Shown in pieces: positions 57,655 to 64,000 of a stretch of 64,000 nt of DNA. The position numbers and the translations under genes were made by a program. The stretch spans positions 512,001-576,000 of the forward strand of contig CAXXYE010000008.1 in the NCBI GenBank assembly GCA_963674865.2. Reading direction: 5' to 3'. The notes under the pieces were generated by a model. That model searched no databases and was not told the DNA's origin. It saw nothing but the letters and a program-made list of their open reading frames with translations. This stretch comes from Candidatus Hydrogenedentota bacterium (lineage in GTDB: Bacteria > Hydrogenedentota > Hydrogenedentia > Hydrogenedentales > SLHB01). Positions within the stretch are counted from its first letter, which is position 1. Each line of letters starts with the position of its first letter.

Positions 57655-60240
57655 CTACTCATCCGGGGCCCGCTCCTCGGCCAGGGCGTTGAGCTTCCTC
57701 TCGACCTCGTCGAGGAACGCGTTCGTTATGGCGCTGTCCCACGTGTAAGGGGGCGAAGGAGTCTGCGTCGTCACGGCGAGAATGGCCAACAGCGCTTCGA
57801 CCAGGGGCCTGTGCTCAATGCCCGGCGCCTGAATCAGGTGCCTGAGGTGATCTAGGACAACCAGGCCGTTCCGCGCCGGTTCCCTCGCGCACCGGCACAT
57901 GACTGGGATCAGTTGCTCCCGCAGTGTACGAATGTCCGCCAACTCATTCACGTGCAGGTAATAATCGGGGTCGATCTGCCAGCGCCTGAGGAGTGTTGCC
58001 AGGGCGGCGGGGTCTTCGATGTGCGCGAGGGCGCTATCCGGGAGTCGATCCGTGTATCGCCCGAGGCCTTCCAGCTCTCCCTTGTTTACGAGCCCTACCA
58101 ACGCCAACGCCGCCTCTTGGCTGTAGTTCTCGGCCCCGGATGGCGCCAACATGCGCCTGAGGACTTCCGCGCCGCAGGCGTCCCCCAACTTGGCCAATTC
58201 TAGGGCCGCCACCTTGCGGTTGCCGCGTTTAGGCGCCTCGAAGGCCTCTCGAAGCCATTCTATGCGCGGCTCATCCTTGTGCGTTTCCCACCAAGCGTCC
58301 CAGTATGCCCGGAAGGCCTTAGGCGTGCGCGGCCGACCCGCACTGAAGCCGGTGATCCGCTCCAGCGCCCGTGCGGCTCTCTCGATGAGGCGCGGAGTGT
58401 AAGGCCCCAGCGTCTCATCATCCCAGTCCGCCGGGACGGCGTTGATCAGCGACAATACGGCGCGGCCATCGCGATAATGGCGCGCTATCTCTCGGGCGGC
58501 ATCCATCCGCTCGCCGATATGCTCGCTGCCGAGCTGCTCGATGCACGTATCGAGATCCATCTTGGGATACAGGCCCAGGCCTAGTTGATCGGTGGGCGTA
58601 TACGGCTTCATCACGGTATCCCAGGGATAGCCGAAGAAGCCGAACACGCGGAAGACGACGCCCCGCTCGTCTTGGAACACCTGGACGTTGCCCGGCGAGT
58701 CCTCGAACGCCAGCCAACCGCCGGTGAAGGGATTCCGGTAACGCCCGTAGGTAAAGTGATCCACCAGGATCTGCACGGCCTCTTCGGGCGACACGTCCTG
58801 GAAACCATCGTAACACTCCGCCACCCGTTGCGCGTTCTCCGTCATATCCCTGCGCATGCCGTGGGGGGACTCCTGCACATCGACCTGCGGCAACAAAGCA
58901 TGGGCGCGGTTCTGGACGACGTAGCTCACGACTGTGACGGGGACCAGAATCCCCAGCACCGCCACCGTGCGCAAACGCCCCCGCGAGCCCTTGCGGAGAA
59001 ATGCATGGGCCAGAAGAATGCCCACGGCCATGGCCACAGACCACGCCAGCAGCGCCAACGCCGAGGCCGCGTCGCGGACGGCGTCCTTGGCATAGTACGT
59101 CTTCCGTTCGGCGTGCGCGGGGCCTATGCGCACTGCCAGGTCCGGCGTCATCTGCTCCGGAGAGAGGGTGCCCGTCAACTTGCTGATTGTGCAGCCGTCC
59201 CACATCGTTGAGGCGGCGTCGGGATGTTCGACGTAAAGAAAGTACGTGCCCCCCTTGAATCCGCCTGGAGCACCGCCCCGAGGAGGCATCAAGCCGCCGT
59301 CATCGAAGACCTCCTCCGAAGGAACCAGTTGGTCGGCTATCTCGAGCGCGAGCCGATCCTGGCTCGCTGTCCCTTCGGCCACCACGAACAACTCGAGATA
59401 CACGTTGGATTGGGCCAGAGCAGTAAGTCGCATGGGATACACGGGCTCGTCGATGGGAAATGTGATGGCCAGGGGGTGAGGCCGGCTCAATCCGTCGCCC
59501 TCGCGGCGGAGCTTGGCGGACACGAAATGCCAGCCATCCGCAATGTAGTCGCGGACGATGGATTCACCCTCCGGGGGAAGTCCCGAGAAGCCGTTCTCCG
59601 TCAACCACTTGTTGAGCGCCCGCGCGCTATCCGCCTTGAGTACGGCCAAGTCGTAGCTGCCCACGTGGGCCTGCTCTTCGACCAGCACGCGGCTCGCGCT
59701 GGAAGAACCGAGGTCCGTACCTGCGTACCTGAACGCGGGCGCGAGCAGCGTGAGGAACAGAACCGCCGACGCGCATAGGAAGATAAGCAGCAGAACCGCC
59801 GGCCAGTACCAGGCGCGGGGCCGCCAGAGAACGATCAGTATGCCCCACGCCGCTATGACGGCCACCAATAAGCGCGCGTGCGCCAGTTTCCCTCTTGTGG
59901 CGTGAGACTTGACAATTTTCGGTTGTAGGGCGCCCGACAGTGTCTTGATGAGCCCCGGTGTGGCTTGCTCGAAGGCCGTGGGCTTCGCGGGAACCGGGAT
60001 GATCCAGCCAAACGCCTCGCCTTCCCCTTCGAGCGACGACTCGATGACGAGGCGCTCAACGCCCTCGCGGTACACGAGAAGTGCCCGCTGCGACGGGATG
60101 GATGGCAGCGCCTTCGCGGCGAAGCTCTTCGAGAAAAACCCGTCCGCGCTCGCGGGATGCGCTGCCATGAGGCCCATGGCCAGCACGATGCCCCACCACC
60201 ACATAGACTTTGCCGCCCGGATGCCGAATCGCGTATTCAT
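57655..60240 (-). CDS. DUF2330 domain membrane protein with C-terminal HEAT repeats
   Basis: Signal peptide plus 'ADG', 'FGWIIPVP', 'VGSYD…WLTENGF…Y…GWHFV.AK', 'PVYPMRLT', then HEAT-like helices. Confidence 0.8.
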   Translation of the reverse strand: MNTRFGIRAAKSMWWWGIVLAMGLMAAHPASADGFFSKSFAAKALPSIPSQRALLVYREGVERLVIESSLEGEGEAFGWIIPVPAKPTAFEQATPGLIKTLSGALQPKIVKSHATRGKLAHARLLVAVIAAWGILIVLWRPRAWYWPAVLLLIFLCASAVLFLTLLAPAFRYAGTDLGSSSASRVLVEEQAHVGSYDLAVLKADSARALNKWLTENGFSGLPPEGESIVRDYIADGWHFVSAKLRREGDGLSRPHPLAITFPIDEPVYPMRLTALAQSNVYLELFVVAEGTASQDRLALEIADQLVPSEEVFDDGGLMPPRGGAPGGFKGGTYFLYVEHPDAASTMWDGCTISKLTGTLSPEQMTPDLAVRIGPAHAERKTYYAKDAVRDAASALALLAWSVAMAVGILLAHAFLRKGSRGRLRTVAVLGILVPVTVVSYVVQNRAHALLPQVDVQESPHGMRRDMTENAQRVAECYDGFQDVSPEEAVQILVDHFTYGRYRNPFTGGWLAFEDSPGNVQVFQDERGVVFRVFGFFGYPWDTVMKPYTPTDQLGLGLYPKMDLDTCIEQLGSEHIGERMDAAREIARHYRDGRAVLSLINAVPADWDDETLGPYTPRLIERAARALERITGFSAGRPRTPKAFRAYWDAWWETHKDEPRIEWLREAFEAPKRGNRKVAALELAKLGDACGAEVLRRMLAPSGAENYSQEAALALVGLVNKGELEGLGRYTDRLPDSALAHIEDPAALATLLRRWQIDPDYYLHVNELADIRTLREQLIPVMCRCAREPARNGLVVLDHLRHLIQAPGIEHRPLVEALLAILAVTTQTPSPPYTWDSAITNAFLDEVERKLNALAEERAPDE

Positions 60241-60282
60241 TGGCGTCCCCTTTCCCCCCAATACTCGCCGAGTACACCACCA

Positions 60283-60311
60283 ACTATGCTCAATTACTCC
60301 CGCCCAGTCAA
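60283..60311 (-). promoter_or_regulatory. Possible sigma70 promoter for the DUF2330 gene
   Basis: Minus strand TTGACT-N17-CATAGT, about 40 nt upstream of the ATG. Confidence 0.45.
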
Positions 60312-60517
60312 GAGTTCCTGTGTGTTTGGATTGCCGGGAGGGCATGGGCTGCAATGGGTGCGCATGAGCAACTCAAGTGACGGCGCTTCTTTTCATTACG
60401 CCTCATGGCGCCTGCGGAATGGATGTCGCGGGACGAATAGTCTAAACTAATGGGAAGCAAGACTGTTGCGGCATCCGTGCGGCAATTCACGGAACAAACA
60501 GAGTGGAGAGCAAACCA

Positions 60518-61948
60518 GTGAAACGTGCGCAATTCCTATGGTTGGCGATGACATTGGCCCTTCTAGCGGCAAACGGCGCGTGGGCGGCCGATGATGGTGC
60601 GACGCCCGTGAACGTCGCGAATCCCAAGGCGGTCGAGAGAGTGCTGTCGGGCGAGCGGACGGAGGCGAACGCCGCCTGGTGGGGATTCAACGCGGAGGAT
60701 ACGACGGAATCGATTCAAGGCGCGCTCGACTCGGGCGCAAAGACGGTGAAGATCCCTTACATGGGCGAGCCGTGGATTGTCCGCCCCCTCTCACTGCGAG
60801 GCAACCAGGAGGTCTATCTGGAGCCGGGCGTTGTGATCCTGGCGAAAGAGGGGGAATTCCTGGGCCGGGGCGACTCGCTCTTCACAGCGAGCGGCGTGGA
60901 GAACGTGGTCCTGCGCGGATACGGCGCGACCCTCCGCATGCGGAAGCGGGACTACATGAAACCTCCCTACGAAAGGGCCGAATGGCGCATGGGCTTGTCC
61001 CTCCGCGGAAGCAACAACGTGCTCGTGGAGGGCGTGCGCATCGAGAGCAGCGGCGGCGACGGCATCTACGTTGACGGCGGCGCGGGGCGCAAGTACTGCG
61101 ACGGCATTACGATTCGCGACGTGACGTGCTTCGACAACCACCGGCAGGGAATGAGCGTGATCAGCGTCGAGAACCTGCTCCTCGAGAACTGCGTCTTCGC
61201 CAACACCTGGGGCACCGCCCCGGCGGCGGGACTCGACCTCGAACCGGACGGCGCCGAACAGAGCCTGGTGAATGTCGTCGTGCGGAATTGCGTATTTGAG
61301 AACAATGAAGGCCACGAGGTCCTCGTATATCCCAAGAACCTTCACGACAAGGCGCCGGATCTGTCCATCCGCTTCGAGAATTGCCTGATTCGGAAAACCT
61401 TGACGGAGGGAAAGCCCGACGGTGTGGCGCAAGGCATTGGCCGCGACGACGCCACCCACGGGTGGTCGGGCATCAGCATGGCTGCGGTACGTGATGATGG
61501 GCCCGGCGGAACCATCGAGTTCGTGAACTGCGTCGTCGAGAACACCGGCAAAGAAAGCGTACGTATCTTCGACAAATCGGCGGGCAGGGCGGAGGTGCGG
61601 TTCGTGAACTGTCAGTTCAGGAATCCCTGGCTCGTGTCCCACCCGACCCATTGGGGCGTGCGCGTGCCGATTCATCTTCATGTGCGCCGCCCGGAGGTAT
61701 CCAAAGACCTTGGTGGGATCGTCTTCGACGATTGCCACGTGTACGACACCGTGGCGCGCCCGGCCCTGCTCCTGGACCAGGTCAACAACGAGCTTGGCCT
61801 GCGCGACCTGAGCGGTCTCATCACCTACCACGGGCCCGGTGACCCGCGTATGGAACTGGGGCCAAATGCCAGCAACATCGGCCTCCGCCTCCTCAAAGCA
61901 GGCGAGAATGAGGCAACGGCGCACGTGCCCGACGCGGACGCGGAATAG
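60518..61948 (+). CDS. Secreted right-handed beta-helix protein (pectate lyase-like fold)
   Basis: Signal peptide, 'DTTESIQGALD', 'GGDGIYV', 'NHRQGMSVIS', 'GLDLEP'. Confidence 0.85.
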   Translation: MKRAQFLWLAMTLALLAANGAWAADDGATPVNVANPKAVERVLSGERTEANAAWWGFNAEDTTESIQGALDSGAKTVKIPYMGEPWIVRPLSLRGNQEVYLEPGVVILAKEGEFLGRGDSLFTASGVENVVLRGYGATLRMRKRDYMKPPYERAEWRMGLSLRGSNNVLVEGVRIESSGGDGIYVDGGAGRKYCDGITIRDVTCFDNHRQGMSVISVENLLLENCVFANTWGTAPAAGLDLEPDGAEQSLVNVVVRNCVFENNEGHEVLVYPKNLHDKAPDLSIRFENCLIRKTLTEGKPDGVAQGIGRDDATHGWSGISMAAVRDDGPGGTIEFVNCVVENTGKESVRIFDKSAGRAEVRFVNCQFRNPWLVSHPTHWGVRVPIHLHVRRPEVSKDLGGIVFDDCHVYDTVARPALLLDQVNNELGLRDLSGLITYHGPGDPRMELGPNASNIGLRLLKAGENEATAHVPDADAE

Positions 61949-62042
61949 CGCGCCGGCCACGCGGGAGTTGACCGCCCACTCGGCCGCTGGTAGACTCGGG
62001 CGGCATCGGAGAGCATAGCCACCATCGCTGCGAGTTCCGCAC

Positions 62043-63494
62043 GTGAAAAACACCAGAAGTCGTCCTGAAATCCCCATTCCAGGGGGAAATCCGCCCCGAA
62101 ATCCCGCAAATGGGGAGCAATCGGGCGTTTGCCTTGCGGAACGCTATGAACTCGTGCGTCTCCTGGGGCGGGGCGGCCTGGGCAACGTCTGGCTGGCCCG
62201 CGATACGCAGCTCGACGGCACGGAAGTCGCTTGTAAGGTATTGAGGGACAGCCTGTTCGACCATCCCCAGGCCCTGTCGGATATGAAGCGCGAGGTGTTG
62301 CTGGCGCGCAGGCTGCGCCATCCCCACATTCTGGCCGTCTACACGTTCTGGGGCGGTGGACATGAGCGCTTCATCACGATGGAATACGTGGAGGGCTGCA
62401 ATCTCTCCGAGGCGCTGGCGGAACGGGACGCGCCTTTCCCCATGGCGCAGGTCCTCACCTGGGCGCGGCAGCTCTGCGATGCCCTCGACTACGCGCACGG
62501 ACAGGGCGTGCTGCACCGGGACGTCAAGCCCGCCAACATCCTCCTCGGGCTGGACGGCGCCGTTCGCCTGGCCGATTTCGGCATTGCCCGCACCGCGCAT
62601 GAGGTCCAGGCACGTTCGGCCGGCCAGATGACCAGCGGCACCGTCATGTTTATGAGTCCGGAGCAGCTTGCCTGTGGCGCGGTCGACCAGCGAAGCGATC
62701 TCTACAGCCTCGCCTCCAGTATCTACGTCCTGCTCAGCGGCCGGCCGCCCTTCCACAAAGGAGCCATTGTTACCCAGGTCCAACTCAAGCCCGCGCCGCC
62801 CGTCGCGTTCCTCAGCGATTCCGTGAACGATGTCCTCTTGAAGGCCCTGGCCAAAGACCCGCGCGACCGGCAGCCCTCATGCGGCGCCTTCTACGCCGAG
62901 CTTGCCGCGGGGGCCGAGCGCGCCGAAGCGCCGGGGGCCTCTCAGGCGGAAGGTGAGCCCGGGCATGTCCCTTTGCCCTTGGGATGGCTCTCCGATCCCG
63001 AAGGCGAGACCGTCCTGCTTCCCCCCATGCATCGGGAGGACCACGGCGTCCGGCTGGGCGACCTGCTCATCCGCGCGGGACTCATCACCCCCGCCCAACG
63101 CGACGAGGCGCTCCGAGAATCGCAGGCCACCGGCGAGAAGCTGGGCCGCCGGCTCGTCAGCTTGGGCCATGTCAGTCAGTACGAGATTGCCCGCACGGTG
63201 GCCGACCAGCTTCAGATTCCGCTCGCGCCGGTGCACGAGGTGGATGCCGAGTCGCCGCTCCTGGAACTCATCCCCTTGGAGCTTGCGCACCGGCGCCGCT
63301 GCATCCCCGTGGCACGGGTCGCGGGCGGCATCCGCGTGGCGATGGCCGATCCCCTCGACTTCGAAGCCATCAATGAGATCGAGCATGAATGCGGCGGGCG
63401 CATCGAACTCGCCATCGCCCCCGAATCGGATGTGGACAGGGCCATCATGAGGACTTACGGCCCGCTCGAGCCGCCGGACGATGTCGAGTCGTGA
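62043..63494 (+). CDS. Ser/Thr protein kinase fused to MshEN / T2SSE_N domain
   Basis: GRGGLG, VACK, HRDVKPAN, DFG and SPE motifs. C-terminal 'RLGDLLIRAGLIT…KLGRRLVSLG' and 'VAMADPLD'. Start codon uncertain. Confidence 0.88.
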   Translation: MKNTRSRPEIPIPGGNPPRNPANGEQSGVCLAERYELVRLLGRGGLGNVWLARDTQLDGTEVACKVLRDSLFDHPQALSDMKREVLLARRLRHPHILAVYTFWGGGHERFITMEYVEGCNLSEALAERDAPFPMAQVLTWARQLCDALDYAHGQGVLHRDVKPANILLGLDGAVRLADFGIARTAHEVQARSAGQMTSGTVMFMSPEQLACGAVDQRSDLYSLASSIYVLLSGRPPFHKGAIVTQVQLKPAPPVAFLSDSVNDVLLKALAKDPRDRQPSCGAFYAELAAGAERAEAPGASQAEGEPGHVPLPLGWLSDPEGETVLLPPMHREDHGVRLGDLLIRAGLITPAQRDEALRESQATGEKLGRRLVSLGHVSQYEIARTVADQLQIPLAPVHEVDAESPLLELIPLELAHRRRCIPVARVAGGIRVAMADPLDFEAINEIEHECGGRIELAIAPESDVDRAIMRTYGPLEPPDDVES

Positions 63495-63553
63495 GCTCCG
63501 AGCGGCCTGATGTGTGGCGCAACCGGCACCCCGGCCACCGGGGTGGACGCCAC

Positions 63554-63582
63554 TTGACCGCGTAGCTGTTTGCCCTTACGAT
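63554..63582 (+). promoter_or_regulatory. Sigma70 promoter for the permease gene
   Basis: TTGACC-N17-TACGAT. Confidence 0.6.
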
Positions 63583-63653
63583 GTAAGCGTCTTCCGCTTG
63601 GGCAGGCGCCCGTGGTGGGAAAGGCGAAGGCACTAAGGCAAGGAGAGACCCAC

Positions 63654-64000
63654 ATGAAAGCCGTCAAAACCCGACTCTGCATCATGATGGTCCTGCAATA
63701 CGCTATCTGGGGTTCATGGACCACCGCACTCGGGGCGCACCTGGCCAGAATCGGATTCACCAGCAACCAGATCGGCGCGATCTATGGATGTCTCTGGATT
63801 GCCTGCATCATCGCGCCGTTCATCGGCGGGCAGATTGCCGATCGCTTTTTTCCGACGCAGCTCTTCTTGGGCGTTGCGCACGTGGTCGGCGCCGTGCTGC
63901 TCTTCATGACGGCCAGGCAGACGGAGTTCGGCCCCATGTGGCGCTGGATGTTCGCCTACAGCCTCTTCTACGCGCCGACCCTGGCCCTCACCAATTCGCT
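63654..64000 (+). CDS. MFS nucleoside:H+ symporter (NupG/XapB-like), 3'-truncated by window edge
   Basis: Not in the ORF track. Translates as MKAVKTRLCIMMVLQYAIWGSW…APFIGGQIADRFF…YAPTLALTNS. AAGGAG RBS. Confidence 0.88.
   Translation, partial: MKAVKTRLCIMMVLQYAIWGSWTTALGAHLARIGFTSNQIGAIYGCLWIACIIAPFIGGQIADRFFPTQLFLGVAHVVGAVLLFMTARQTEFGPMWRWMFAYSLFYAPTLALTNS

Noticed and set aside
57524..57748. Short ORF MLLTEQEVYDAVVLRAP… with GGAG upstream
   Set aside because: It runs antisense into the DUF2330 gene and has no recognisable motif. At most a remnant.
63589..63653. Possible purine/nucleoside riboswitch in the permease leader
   Set aside because: Only a weak GC-rich stem, short, with no recognisable aptamer core or terminator.

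Overview
A GC-rich bacterial chromosomal window. Its gene content (H-X9-DG/DUF1559-type lipoprotein, ECF sigma factor with a periplasmic extension, dockerin-tailed surface protein, many secreted glycan enzymes) suggests Candidatus Hydrogenedentes or a PVC-like lineage; this is an inference. About 40 CDSs are supported: a TMTC-like glycosyltransferase, MgtC, two SDRs, GT1 and GT4 glycosyltransferases, GH36-like and GH106-like hydrolases, endonuclease III, two ECF sigma factors, a five-gene putative glycan/amino-sugar operon, an arylsulfotransferase, GTP-dependent PEPCK, a DUF2330 protein, a Ser/Thr kinase-MshEN fusion and the start of a nucleoside permease. One complete IS1202-family (ISNCY) element with a 16-bp target duplication lies at 52492-54073. 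The most interesting locus is at 52.1-57.3 kb. Two DUF2294/MpsC genes, with no mpsAB transporter in the window, flank a sigma70 promoter and a ~270-nt leader holding two tandem hairpin-plus-terminator units ahead of mpsC2, pckG and a Cys-rich gene; this is a candidate attenuation/antitermination system. Other notable items: a duplicated promoter module with degenerate attC-like sites in a run of orphan genes (28.7-33 kb), covarying REP-like palindromes flanking the long ECF gene, a probably inactive GH36, and five +1 indels in short base runs at 3.5-5.1 kb that look like sequencing error. I saw no rRNA, tRNA or CRISPR array. All family assignments come from motif recognition, not database searches.
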